Below are positions 11,371 through 20,569 of a stretch of DNA of 62,922 nucleotides, piece after piece; the stretch's first letter is position 1, and every line of letters begins with the position of its first letter. Origin of the DNA: Anaerolineae bacterium (GTDB lineage: Bacteria; Chloroflexota; Anaerolineae; J102); assembly GCA_026991225.1 (NCBI GenBank), contig JALXCB010000080.1:1-62922 (forward strand), given 5' to 3'. Below the pieces are notes generated by a model, which was given only the letters and a program-made list of their open reading frames with translations, was not told where the DNA came from and made no database searches. A program made the translations under genes and the position numbers.

Positions 11371-11390
11371 ATATCCGGATAATCGGATAT
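11371..11390. promoter_or_regulatory. Palindromic operator upstream of sqr (ArsR/SqrR/BigR-like)
   Basis: ATATCC-N8-GGATAT in the AT-rich promoter region. Confidence 0.5.
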
Positions 11391-11470
11391 GTGTCACCTT
11401 CCTTGCGATCATCTCCTTTCCCGCCCCACTTTGAACTCATCTTGTCCATCAGGGACACGGAGGTTGCACC

Positions 11471-12904
11471 ATGGCAAATGTCGTTCTCATTGGCGCCGGC
11501 TTTGCCGGGCAGACCGCGGCGCTCTATCTGGGTGACGCTCTGGGCAAAAAGCACAATATCACGGTCATCAACAGGTATGATGTCTTCGGATACACGCCAT
11601 CCTGGGTGTGGGTGGGCGTGGGGCAGATGGAGCCCGAGAAGACCACCTTCAAGCTCAAGCCGGTTTACGACAAATTCCATATCAATTTCGTGCAGGGAAC
11701 CGCGAAATCCATTTATGTGGATGACCAATACGTATTGGTGGACAAGGCTGATGGCAGCGGCGAGACGAAAGTTCCCTACGACTATCTGCTCATCGCCACC
11801 GGCGCCAAGTTGAACTTTGCAGGCACGCCCGGTCTGGGCCCGCACAACGGTTACACCACCTCGATTTGCTCTCTGCCCCACGCCATCGACGCTCGCGACA
11901 GGCTTTTCCAGCTCATGGAGCGCATGGAAAAGGGCGAGAAGGTGAAGATCGTCGTGGGGACCGGGCATCCCGGCGCCACCTGCCAGGGCGCGGCCTTTGA
12001 ATATCTCACCAACATCCACAAGGTGCTGCTGAAGCGGGGGCTGCGCGACAAAGCGGAGTTGCTTTGGCTATCCAACGAGCCCGCGTTGGGCGATTTCGGC
12101 GTGCGGGGCTTGCGCGTGCGCAAGGGTGGACAGATTATTACCAGCGAGGATTTCATCCGCGCCATTTTCGAGCTGTACGACATCAAGTGGCAGGTGCAAA
12201 CGGGCGTGCGCAAAGTGGAGCCTGGGAAAATCTATTGGGAGAATTACGAAGGCGTGGAGGGGGAAACCGAGTTCGATTTCGCCATGCTCATCCCTCAATT
12301 CCTGGGGCCCGGCTTTACCTATTTCGACAAGGACGGGAATGACATTACCGACCAGATGGCCAACAAAGGCGGCTTCGTCCTGGTGGACGCCATCTACGGA
12401 CTGGACTGGGATACGCTGGCTGAAACGCCCGAGGCCTGGCCCGCGGTCTATCAGAACCGCAAGTACAAAAATATCTTCGCCGCGGGCATCGCCTTCGCCC
12501 CGCCCGGCTCCATCTCCCGGCCCTTTGTCAACCCCAACGGCCTTTCCATCACCGCGGCTCCGCCCCGCACAGGCATGATCTCGGGCATTATCGGGCGTAT
12601 CGTCGCCCTGAACATCATCGACCTGGTCAAACGCGGTCGCATGACCCACTCCGAACGCATGACGGAGATGTTCGCGGCCTGTATTGCCTCCATGGGCGAT
12701 TCCCTGTGGGATGGCAGCGCCGCTACGATCGTCATCTATCCCGTCGTACCCGACCCCCGCACCTATCCCAACGAGGAAGGCCGCGACCTCTTCGTCACCG
12801 ACATGGAGATGGGCCTGGCGGGCGCATGGATGAAGCGCATGATCCACACGACATTCATGCACAAACTGCAAGGCCGCATCGGCTGGAAGTTCATCCCCGA
12901 ATAA
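11471..12904 (+). CDS. sqr: Sulfide:quinone oxidoreductase (FAD-dependent)
   Basis: GAGFAG Rossmann motif, [36 protein letters not shown]. Confidence 0.85.
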   Translation: MANVVLIGAGFAGQTAALYLGDALGKKHNITVINRYDVFGYTPSWVWVGVGQMEPEKTTFKLKPVYDKFHINFVQGTAKSIYVDDQYVLVDKADGSGETKVPYDYLLIATGAKLNFAGTPGLGPHNGYTTSICSLPHAIDARDRLFQLMERMEKGEKVKIVVGTGHPGATCQGAAFEYLTNIHKVLLKRGLRDKAELLWLSNEPALGDFGVRGLRVRKGGQIITSEDFIRAIFELYDIKWQVQTGVRKVEPGKIYWENYEGVEGETEFDFAMLIPQFLGPGFTYFDKDGNDITDQMANKGGFVLVDAIYGLDWDTLAETPEAWPAVYQNRKYKNIFAAGIAFAPPGSISRPFVNPNGLSITAAPPRTGMISGIIGRIVALNIIDLVKRGRMTHSERMTEMFAACIASMGDSLWDGSAATIVIYPVVPDPRTYPNEEGRDLFVTDMEMGLAGAWMKRMIHTTFMHKLQGRIGWKFIPE

Positions 12905-12981
12905 ATAGGAGTTGACAAATCCTTCTGTTTACATATTCTTTATTGGCTCCAGGCAACCTACGACCACTCCCGAGGTGACTT

Positions 12982-13107
12982 ATGACCACATTTCAGATCA
13001 CCGACAAAGAAAAGAAGAAGATGCAGAACAAGATCGTGCAGGCGTGGCGGTTCATCGTCCTCAACCTGAAGATTCTGAAGGCGGTGGATCACAGCAAACG
13101 ATCCTGA
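12982..13107 (+). CDS. 41-aa small protein downstream of sqr (not in the ORF track)
   Basis: RBS GAGGTG, ATG 12982, MTTFQITDKEKKKMQNKIVQAWRFIVLNLKILKAVDHSKRS*, GC3-rich codons. Confidence 0.65.
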   Translation: MTTFQITDKEKKKMQNKIVQAWRFIVLNLKILKAVDHSKRS

Positions 13108-13358
13108 GATAGGATTCGGATCAGGATTAGGATTGAAGATCGCCAGGCCGACGTTGAGCGAGCCTGCAACGTGCGTGACACGTGATGCGTGAAACGTGAG
13201 GGCTTTACGAATCACGCATTACGCATTACGTGATCGGCTTCCCGCGCCGCCCTGGCCGCGAGATATGTTCATCGGCATCGGCGTCCGTCACCGGAAAACC
13301 CTGTCCGCGCGCGGATGGGATTTTGGCGTTTTGGGAAAGGATGCGGGACAATATCGGC

Positions 13359-13817
13359 ATGAGCAAGAAATCTGTTGTCCTCATCATCCTCCTGCTTTCG
13401 ACAGCGCTGTTGGCCAGCGGATGCCGTAACAAGGGCGTCATCCAGGGCCAACCCGCCGACCCCAACCACCTGCCCGATCTGGCGGGAACTTACGCGGTCA
13501 ATGGTGTGGATCCCGCCGGAGAGAATTACGGCGGCACCCTGACCATCGAGCCGGGCGACGGGCCCAACGCCTACAAACTTCACTGGATCGTCACCGGCGC
13601 CATCCAGGAGGGGGAGGGGCGTATCGAAGGGAACCAGCTTGTTGGTCGGTGGTGGACGCTGGAGGGCATTACCGCGGCCAAAGGGGAATTGAAATACACC
13701 ATCACCACTCTGGGCGAGCTGGATGGCGAGCGCACGGTGGAGGGTTTTGAGCAAACAGGCTGGGAAAAAGCCTTTCCCAATGATGAAAAATGGGGCAGCT
13801 TCAAATTGGGGCATTGA
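13359..13817 (+). CDS. Hypothetical lipoprotein (beta-barrel-like)
   Basis: MSKK + hydrophobic stretch + LASGC lipobox; GTYAVNG...YGGTLTI. Confidence 0.75.
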   Translation: MSKKSVVLIILLLSTALLASGCRNKGVIQGQPADPNHLPDLAGTYAVNGVDPAGENYGGTLTIEPGDGPNAYKLHWIVTGAIQEGEGRIEGNQLVGRWWTLEGITAAKGELKYTITTLGELDGERTVEGFEQTGWEKAFPNDEKWGSFKLGH

Positions 13818-13828
13818 TCAAAACGCAA

Positions 13829-13981
13829 GTAACTGCTAACACACTTAACTTCAGGCCGCAAGTAGCCACGAAGGCTCGAAGTTTTGCGAAGACACGAAGT
13901 AAAATTAAAGAAAAAGGCTTCGTGCCTTCGTCTTCGTCGTGTCTTCGTGGCAAAAAGTGATGGCGAGACCTTGGTAGTTAC
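13829..13981. mobile_element. GTAACT-TIR MITE with 8-bp TSD
   Basis: GTAACTGCTAAC / TTGGTAGTTAC; TSD AAACGCAA at 13821-13828 and 13982-13989; inverted copy of the 35927..36080 type. Confidence 0.88.
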
Positions 13982-13990
13982 AAACGCAAC

Positions 13991-14022
13991 AAAAAAGCCC
14001 CCGGCGTCGAACCGGGGGCTTG
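13991..14022 (-). terminator. Rho-independent terminator
   Basis: AAGCCCCCGG...CCGGGGGCTT hairpin with an A/U tract. Confidence 0.75.
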
Positions 14023-14041
14023 ACTTTTTGCCGCGTCCTGC

Positions 14042-14425
14042 TTACTTCAACGTCATCAGGTATTTGACCAACTGATTGATCTGCTCGTCCGAGAGTTTCT
14101 CACCGTAGTCCGGGGGCATGGTGCCGGCAGGGAATCCCTCGGTCACATCGGCGTCAGGATTGATGATGGATTCGCGAATGAACTCCTCGCCTTTGCTGGC
14201 AATGCCTGCCAGGGAGGGGCCGACGACGGTCTTGCCGGGCTCGACGGAATGACAGGTGACGCAGCCAGCATTGCCTTCCAGGGTGGTCTGTTCGAACAGG
14301 GCCTTGCCCGCAGCCACGTCGGGGTCGGTGCTGCCGCTGGAAGAGGACTTGTCGCCGCCGCCGCAGGCCGCGACCAGGGCCACGGTCAGGACAAGAATCA
14401 AAACCAGGAATGCCATCTTCTTCAT
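14042..14425 (-). CDS. Monoheme cytochrome c lipoprotein
   Basis: VAAC lipobox, CVTCH, GPSL, distal Met in TMPP. Confidence 0.92.
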   Translation of the reverse strand: MKKMAFLVLILVLTVALVAACGGGDKSSSSGSTDPDVAAGKALFEQTTLEGNAGCVTCHSVEPGKTVVGPSLAGIASKGEEFIRESIINPDADVTEGFPAGTMPPDYGEKLSDEQINQLVKYLMTLK

Positions 14426-14579
14426 AAGATTTCCTCCAGATGTTAAGAAAAAGTGAGAGAGGGAGTAAATGCTGCCGTTGCAACGCCCTTTTATGAGGGA
14501 CGCATAGCAAACGCATTATAATCCAGCAGGAAAGAGGAATCAACGCCCGGTCTGAAAGGGATGTAACAGGCGTTACACT

Positions 14580-17003
14580 TCATTTCAGCGTCATCAGGAA
14601 AGCGACCAGGTCATCCAGGTCCTGGGGCGAGAGGCCTTCGGAAATGTAGGCGGGCATCTTGTTGTCGAAGCCCGGCACGATGTAGGCGTCGGGATGGAGG
14701 ATGGATTCGCGGATGTACTCCTCCGCCGCCATGCCCGGCACGCGCGTCGCCGCGCGGGTGGCGATGCCCGCCAGTGAGGGGCCGACCTTGACTTCATCCG
14801 GTTTGAGGGAGTGACACAAGCGGCAGCCCGTGCCTTCGCCGATGCTGCTGGCGAAGAAAATCTCCTTGCCCCGGGCCGGGTCCGCCCCCGCGATCACTGC
14901 ATCCTTGATGATCAGCGGGAATATCTGCCGCCCCTGCAAGGAAATCTCGCCATCGAAAATCACCTGCGGGGGCGATTGCCCGGCCTGATCAGTCAGGGTG
15001 ACGGTGAGATGGTGTTTGCCCGAGGTCGTAGGCAGATATTCATACGCATAAGCAATGCCTTCTTCGCCCTTGCGGGGATACACTTTGTCCACCACGGTCT
15101 CGCCGTCCAACGCGATCACGAGATGGGGATCCGCCGCGTTGGTGAAGTCCAGAGCATCGGCCTCCACCGTCTTCTGCTCGGGCGTCCAGATGGGCACGCC
15201 GCTCTGATGCTTCATCTGCACCTCGATGGCGGCGTCGCCATCCCCGAACGGGGTGTAGGGCGTCAGGCTCAGGCCCACGGTGATGGCCATGAACAGGGCC
15301 AGCAGCGCGAACGCGGGCAGGAGTTTACCCCAATTCGCCCCGCGCAAGGTAAATCGGTAGGAAGTCGCCTCGGTCTGGTGTTCGTCGGCGTGCAGCGTCT
15401 GGGTGAAGTCATTGGGTGGGACCCAATCCATGCTGATGGGCGCGCCTGCGAACCGCCGCTTGAGCTTGGGCTGCCGCTCCCGCTCCAGACGCAGCTCCTC
15501 CCACACATTGCCCTCCCGATTGGCGCAATCTTCGGGCGGGCAGCCGATGACCTGCACCTCGGACGCGCCCGCTTCCAGCGCCCGGGCGATGAGGTTGGGA
15601 TGGGCCATGGCCGCGCAGGTGAGGGGAACGATCTCCACCCGCTGGTCATCCTCCTCCACAGCGCCGGGATGTTCGGAATCGAACATGAATTTCTTGGCCC
15701 CGTGGAAGAGATGGCGCTCGCAGGCGAATACGACCTTGACCGGTTTCTCGCTCGCTTGTGACGCCCGGGCCACGGTGTCCAGCCACAGGGCCTCCACCGG
15801 CTGGTCGCCCAGGGTGAGGGCGTCGGTGGGGCAACTGCCGATACAGACCCCGCAGGAGACGCACATCTTCGGGTTCACCACGGCCACATATTTGTGCGGC
15901 TTGCCGTCGGTGCGCTCCACCATGGTCAGGGCGTTGTAGGGACAATCCTTGGCGCACAGGGTGCAGCCAATGCACTTATCCTCGTGCACGACGATGGGCT
16001 CCAGCCTGGGCCGCACCAGATTCCCCAACAGCCAGGGGATGGCCGTGACCACGCCCAAAACCAGGAAATTCAGCGCCCAGAACAGGGTGGGGTTCATGTG
16101 CAGAGCCGTGGGCAGCGCCGCCAGATACCACAGATCGATGTTCATGCGGCCCGGAAGCTGCACCAAATTGTGCTTGGGCAGCATCCCCACCGGAATCAGA
16201 ATGGCCGCAATCGCCGTGAACCCCAGCGACAGCCAGATCCAATAGCGCGGCGGCAGGATCTTGCCCCGCTGCAACCGCTTGATGTGCAGCCACATGAAGA
16301 GGATGATGGACAGGGGCAGGCCGATATGGATGAAGAACAGGGTGACGAACAGCACCCAGCCCGAGGTTTCACTGATGGGCGTCAGGTGATTGAGGATGAT
16401 GGCGTCGCCATTGGGAAGCCGTCCGATCAGGTCGACGAAAACCTGGTTCAACGCCTGCGCCCGGATATCCGCCACCATCCAGTAGCCTGTCACCCCGGTG
16501 AACCAGATGGCGACGGCCATGACCACGCCCGTGACCCAGGCCAGCCAGCGGGGCCCGCGAAAGCGGTCCATAAAGAACATGCGCCAGGCGTGAAGCAGGG
16601 CCATGATGATGGCCAGGTCCGAGGCGTAGCGGTGCGCCGCCCGGATGACGCGCCCCACCAGACTGCGCTCCACATTGGAGACGGCCAGATAGGAGACGTC
16701 GAATCCGAACTGGTAGAACATGAGCAGGTACACGCCCGTGATGGAGATGAAGATCAACAACCACACGGTGATGGTGCCTGTGTGATACAGAGGATTCAGA
16801 TGCGGATTTTTGGCGATGCGGTTGACCGGTTTCTCCAGCGCCAGAGAGAAGCGCTCCAGCAGATTCAAAAAGCTCCTGACCCAATTCCCCTCCCGTTTGG
16901 GCCAATCCACCGAACGGTGAAAGGCCGACCAACGTCCCGAAAATCGGGGCGATGGCTCGTTTTCAGCGTCTTGCGTTTTTGCTTCCACGTCGAGGTCGGA
17001 CAT
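14580..17003 (-). CDS. Multidomain redox protein: cytochrome b + 2x[4Fe-4S] ferredoxin + MvhD/FlpD-like domain + C-terminal cytochrome c
   Basis: Four heme-b His (AAHRY..LLHAWR; FIHIG..WLHIK); CIGCTLCAKDCP and CVSCGVCIGSCP; FAC..LTC..GCPPEDC; CRLCH. Confidence 0.88.
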   Translation of the reverse strand: MSDLDVEAKTQDAENEPSPRFSGRWSAFHRSVDWPKREGNWVRSFLNLLERFSLALEKPVNRIAKNPHLNPLYHTGTITVWLLIFISITGVYLLMFYQFGFDVSYLAVSNVERSLVGRVIRAAHRYASDLAIIMALLHAWRMFFMDRFRGPRWLAWVTGVVMAVAIWFTGVTGYWMVADIRAQALNQVFVDLIGRLPNGDAIILNHLTPISETSGWVLFVTLFFIHIGLPLSIILFMWLHIKRLQRGKILPPRYWIWLSLGFTAIAAILIPVGMLPKHNLVQLPGRMNIDLWYLAALPTALHMNPTLFWALNFLVLGVVTAIPWLLGNLVRPRLEPIVVHEDKCIGCTLCAKDCPYNALTMVERTDGKPHKYVAVVNPKMCVSCGVCIGSCPTDALTLGDQPVEALWLDTVARASQASEKPVKVVFACERHLFHGAKKFMFDSEHPGAVEEDDQRVEIVPLTCAAMAHPNLIARALEAGASEVQVIGCPPEDCANREGNVWEELRLERERQPKLKRRFAGAPISMDWVPPNDFTQTLHADEHQTEATSYRFTLRGANWGKLLPAFALLALFMAITVGLSLTPYTPFGDGDAAIEVQMKHQSGVPIWTPEQKTVEADALDFTNAADPHLVIALDGETVVDKVYPRKGEEGIAYAYEYLPTTSGKHHLTVTLTDQAGQSPPQVIFDGEISLQGRQIFPLIIKDAVIAGADPARGKEIFFASSIGEGTGCRLCHSLKPDEVKVGPSLAGIATRAATRVPGMAAEEYIRESILHPDAYIVPGFDNKMPAYISEGLSPQDLDDLVAFLMTLK

Positions 17004-17092
17004 GATGTGCGCCCCCTATGAACGGTTTTCGCCCCGGCGTCGTTGTGGGAAACGAGCCGGGGCGGTGGAAACCTGTGAGAGGATGATGGCGG

Positions 17093-18757
17093 TTAGCCGC
17101 CGAAGATATTGGTGATGGGCGGCGAGGTGAACTGCGCCGTGGAGATCTGATAAACAAGCTGCGGGCCGTAGGCAATGACCAGCAGGATGACGACGCCCAC
17201 CAGCCAGGGAACCCAGCGATCCAGCCAGCGGGGCGTGGTCTGCGGGTCCAGCAACGATTCGGCCACCGGCGGTTCCGGCTCCTCGCTGAGCTTCTTCTTG
17301 GTGACCAGCGAGCCGATCATCACCGCCACGAACAGATAGACGGAGATGAGCAGGATGAAGCCGCCGATGCCCACGCGCAACAGGTGGCCTGCCCATTCTT
17401 CGGGAATGTAGGGAGCCGCGCCCAGAGGCGTGCGCCGTGGCGCGCCCAGCAGGCCCACCACGTGCATGGCATTGGAGAAGATGGTCATGCCGATGAACCA
17501 CAGCCACACCTGGATCACGGCGCACTTCTTGCACCAAAGCGGTTTCTTGGTGAGATAGGGAACCAGCCAGTAGAGGATGCCCATGAACGTCAGGGTGACG
17601 CCGGTGGCGACGGTGAGATGGAAGTGGCCGGGAACCCAGGCGGTGTTGTGCACCACCAGGTTGATGTTGTAAGAGGCGTTGATCAACCCGCCGATGCCGC
17701 CGAAGAAGAAGAGGATGCCCGCCAGCAACTGCGCCAGGACGCTGGGATCATTCCAGGGCAGTTTCGTAATCCAGCCCAGCAGCCCCTTGCCCCCGCGATT
17801 GCGGCCCGCGTTTTCCAGCGACGCCACCACAGTGAAGGCCGTAAGCATGGAAGGGAAGAAGACGGAGTAGGTGAGCAGGGAGTGGACCATCTTCCAGCCT
17901 TCTGGCACGCCGGGATCCACATATTGATGGTGGAAGCCCACAGGCACGGAGAGCAGCAGGAAGAGCCAGAAGGAAAAACGGGCCAGCGAATCGCTGAAGA
18001 GCTTGCCCCCGGCCTGGCGGGGCAGGAACGCATACCAGGACATGTAGGCGGGCAGGAGCCAGAAGTAGACCAGGGGATGGCCCGTCCACCAGAAGTAGGT
18101 GCGGTCGAGCTGCGGGTCCAGCCCGGCGCGCAGCCCCAGGGACCAGGGGATCAGGTCCACCAGCAGCTCCGCGGCCGCGCCCAGGGTGGCCACCTGCCAC
18201 ATAACCATGGTGATCAGCGACATGAAGGAAATGAGCGGGGTGCGGACGCCGGGATTTTCCTTGCGCCATTGATAATACGTGAGGTAAAACCCGTAGCCCT
18301 CGATCCAGCTCCCCACCACCACCAGGGTAACGCCGATATAGAAGGCGGGATGCGCCTTCATGGGGGGATAGAAGGTGTAGAGCACGCTGGCCTGGTTCAG
18401 CAGGATGGGCACAGCCGCGATCAGCAACCCCACCACCATCATCCAGAAACCGAGGGCGTTGAGTTTGGGATAGCGCAGGGGGCGCTTGAGGCCGTAGATG
18501 ATGGTGAAGGTGAGGAAGCCAGTAATGAAGAATGTGGTCCAGATGAGGGCGTTGAGCACGCCATGCAGCGTCAGCCCTTCATAATAGGAATGGAAGATGG
18601 GATTCAGGAACTTGTCATAGAAGTTCCAGCCCGCATGTTCCATGGCCTGGAAGGGCCCAAACAGGCTGCCAATCGAAAGCGCCGCAATGGCAAAGATGAA
18701 ATGCCAGCCAATGAAGCGTTTCTCCTTGGCTGTCAGTTGATAGGTGTTCGCAGTCAT
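17093..18757 (-). CDS. cbaA: ba3-type (B-family) cytochrome c oxidase subunit I
   Basis: LTLHGVLNA, WWTGHPLVYFWLLPAY (His-Tyr), GFHHQY, PGHFHL. Confidence 0.95.
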   Translation of the reverse strand: MTANTYQLTAKEKRFIGWHFIFAIAALSIGSLFGPFQAMEHAGWNFYDKFLNPIFHSYYEGLTLHGVLNALIWTTFFITGFLTFTIIYGLKRPLRYPKLNALGFWMMVVGLLIAAVPILLNQASVLYTFYPPMKAHPAFYIGVTLVVVGSWIEGYGFYLTYYQWRKENPGVRTPLISFMSLITMVMWQVATLGAAAELLVDLIPWSLGLRAGLDPQLDRTYFWWTGHPLVYFWLLPAYMSWYAFLPRQAGGKLFSDSLARFSFWLFLLLSVPVGFHHQYVDPGVPEGWKMVHSLLTYSVFFPSMLTAFTVVASLENAGRNRGGKGLLGWITKLPWNDPSVLAQLLAGILFFFGGIGGLINASYNINLVVHNTAWVPGHFHLTVATGVTLTFMGILYWLVPYLTKKPLWCKKCAVIQVWLWFIGMTIFSNAMHVVGLLGAPRRTPLGAAPYIPEEWAGHLLRVGIGGFILLISVYLFVAVMIGSLVTKKKLSEEPEPPVAESLLDPQTTPRWLDRWVPWLVGVVILLVIAYGPQLVYQISTAQFTSPPITNIFGG

Positions 18758-18808
18758 AAATCTCTCCTCGAAAAGTGCAAACCAATGGATGTGCAAACCA
18801 ACGGACGA

Positions 18809-19300
18809 TTACGGAACGACGATGACCTTGCCGTACATGGTGGCGTGGGCGATGCCGCAGTATTCCGTGCAGATGAAATCATATTCGCCCGGCTCGTCGA
18901 ACTTCACTGCCAGGCTGGAGACCTGGCCCGGAACGATCTGCATGTTCACGTTGGTGTTTTGCAGCTTGAAGCCGTGTTGAACGTCCCGGCTGGTGACATA
19001 GAATTTGACAATCGAACCGGCGGGAACCGTGATCTCGCGCGGATTGAAAGACCAGGTTTGGGCGACGATGTAAGCTTCGTAGCGTTTGGGGGCCACCTCT
19101 TTCAGGCCCGGTTCCGCGAAGGTGCCGCTGGCCTGCAAGTCGGTGGGATTCACTCGGGCCACTGGATCGGGCACGCGCACGCCAAAGGAGAGGCCCGCCA
19201 CGGTGATGGCGCCAAAGAAGACGGCAAGCATCAGAATGCTGACAATAATCCAGGTCTTCTCGTACGGATCAATGTGCATGGATTCGTGTTTGTTAGCCAT
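18809..19300 (-). CDS. cbaB: ba3-type cytochrome c oxidase subunit II (CuA)
   Basis: Single TM, DVQHGF, CTEYCGIAHATM. Confidence 0.95.
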   Translation of the reverse strand: MANKHESMHIDPYEKTWIIVSILMLAVFFGAITVAGLSFGVRVPDPVARVNPTDLQASGTFAEPGLKEVAPKRYEAYIVAQTWSFNPREITVPAGSIVKFYVTSRDVQHGFKLQNTNVNMQIVPGQVSSLAVKFDEPGEYDFICTEYCGIAHATMYGKVIVVP

Positions 19301-19448
19301 AGAACGTCACTCCTCGGGAAAGCATGATCAGGTAAACGGAGCCCCAGAGAATGATGATGAGCAGGAAGAAGATAGCCAGAATCACGGCCGCCCCCTTCGG
19401 GTGCTCGAACTGTTCATTCCCGCTGTCGGGCAATTTCTCGTTGGACAT
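19293..19448 (-). CDS. cbaD: ba3-type oxidase subunit IIa (51 aa; not in the ORF track)
   Basis: MSNEK...HPKGAAVILAIFFLLIIILWGSVYLIMLSRG resembles Thermus CbaD; RBS GGAGG; overlaps the cbaB start. Confidence 0.85.
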   Translation of the reverse strand: MSNEKLPDSGNEQFEHPKGAAVILAIFFLLIIILWGSVYLIMLSRGVTFYG

Positions 19449-19481
19449 ACTTGTGTACCTCCTCTGTGGAATGGAAAGGCG

Positions 19482-19817
19482 TTATAAGACCTCGATGAGT
19501 CGATCGATGGTGATATCGGTGATCTGTCGTCTTTTGTAGAGGATAACTTTGTTTTCGTCTAAAATGACGAATAGAATCCTGTCTGGAATAAGATCGTTGT
19601 CATGGGCTGCAATCCGTTCCAGATCCGCCATCATCTCTTCAGCGTAGTGATAGTCGGCAATAAGCACATCCGGGTGAGCCTCCTCCATCATCCCTTTGGC
19701 TTCCGCCCAGCTTTCGGCGGAGCCGATGATCTCGACATCCGCGGGGCGATCCTCCAGAACGCGCACAAGGCCGTCGTGAAACATGCCGCGACTGACCAGA
19801 AGGACCCGAATGCTCAT
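19482..19817 (-). CDS. Stand-alone degenerate receiver-domain protein
   Basis: IRVLLV...GL..VLE...VEIIG...PDVLIAD; lacks the acidic pocket pair and any output domain. Confidence 0.7.
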   Translation of the reverse strand: MSIRVLLVSRGMFHDGLVRVLEDRPADVEIIGSAESWAEAKGMMEEAHPDVLIADYHYAEEMMADLERIAAHDNDLIPDRILFVILDENKVILYKRRQITDITIDRLIEVL

Positions 19818-19909
19818 ACTCCCATTATAAAAGGAAACAACGCCCCACGTCGTCACCCCGCCCGACACAATCCCCTACCCCCACGGATACAAATTTCCAC
19901 CCAAATGGA

Positions 19910-20566
19910 TTACGCCATTGGGCTATTGCCCGTCAATCCGTGCCGTTCGGCCCAGGCCGCGGCCTGGGCCCGGCTGCGCAACCCCAGCTTGTCCAGGATA
20001 TGGCGCAAATGGGCCTTGACCGTGTGCGGGGAGATGGCCAGGGCCGCTCCGATCTCTTTGTTACTCATGCCACTGGCTACATAGCGCAGGATATCTCGCT
20101 CCCGATCGGTGAGGATATCCTCGGGCCGCTGCCGCTTGCCCTGGGAGAGGGCCACGAATTCATCCAGCAGTTTGGCCGACATGGCGGGCGAAATAACCGC
20201 CTCCCCGCGGCGGATGCGATGAATGGCGTCCACTAGTTCGTCGCTGGTGCTGCTCTTGAGCAGATAGCCGCGCACGCCCGCCTGCACCGCCCGAAACAGC
20301 GTCTCCCGATCCTCCGACACCGTCAGCAACAGGATGGTCAGGTCAGGGTGGCGCTCCTTCAGGCGACTGGCGGTCTCGATGCCATCCATGCCGGGCATGT
20401 TTACGTCCAGCACGACGACATCGGGCCGGTAATTATGGAAGGAGGCCAGCACCTCCTGGCCGCTACGCAGACTGGCCACGACTTCGATATCCTCCTCATC
20501 GTCCAGCAGCCGCGTCAGGCCTTCGCGAAAGAGATGATGGTCATCCGCCAGCAATACGCGAATCAT
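19910..20566 (-). CDS. NarL/LuxR-family response regulator
   Basis: LADDH, VVLDVNMPGMDG, GYLLK, LTDRE..GMSNKEI..TVKAH. Confidence 0.95.
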   Translation of the reverse strand: MIRVLLADDHHLFREGLTRLLDDEEDIEVVASLRSGQEVLASFHNYRPDVVVLDVNMPGMDGIETASRLKERHPDLTILLLTVSEDRETLFRAVQAGVRGYLLKSSTSDELVDAIHRIRRGEAVISPAMSAKLLDEFVALSQGKRQRPEDILTDRERDILRYVASGMSNKEIGAALAISPHTVKAHLRHILDKLGLRSRAQAAAWAERHGLTGNSPMA

Positions 20567-20569
20567 CGC

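Noticed and set aside
17093-18757. Nitric oxide reductase (B-family-derived NOR)
   Set aside because: The HPLVY cross-link Tyr, K-channel-type residues, CuA subunit II and CbaD all indicate an O2 reductase
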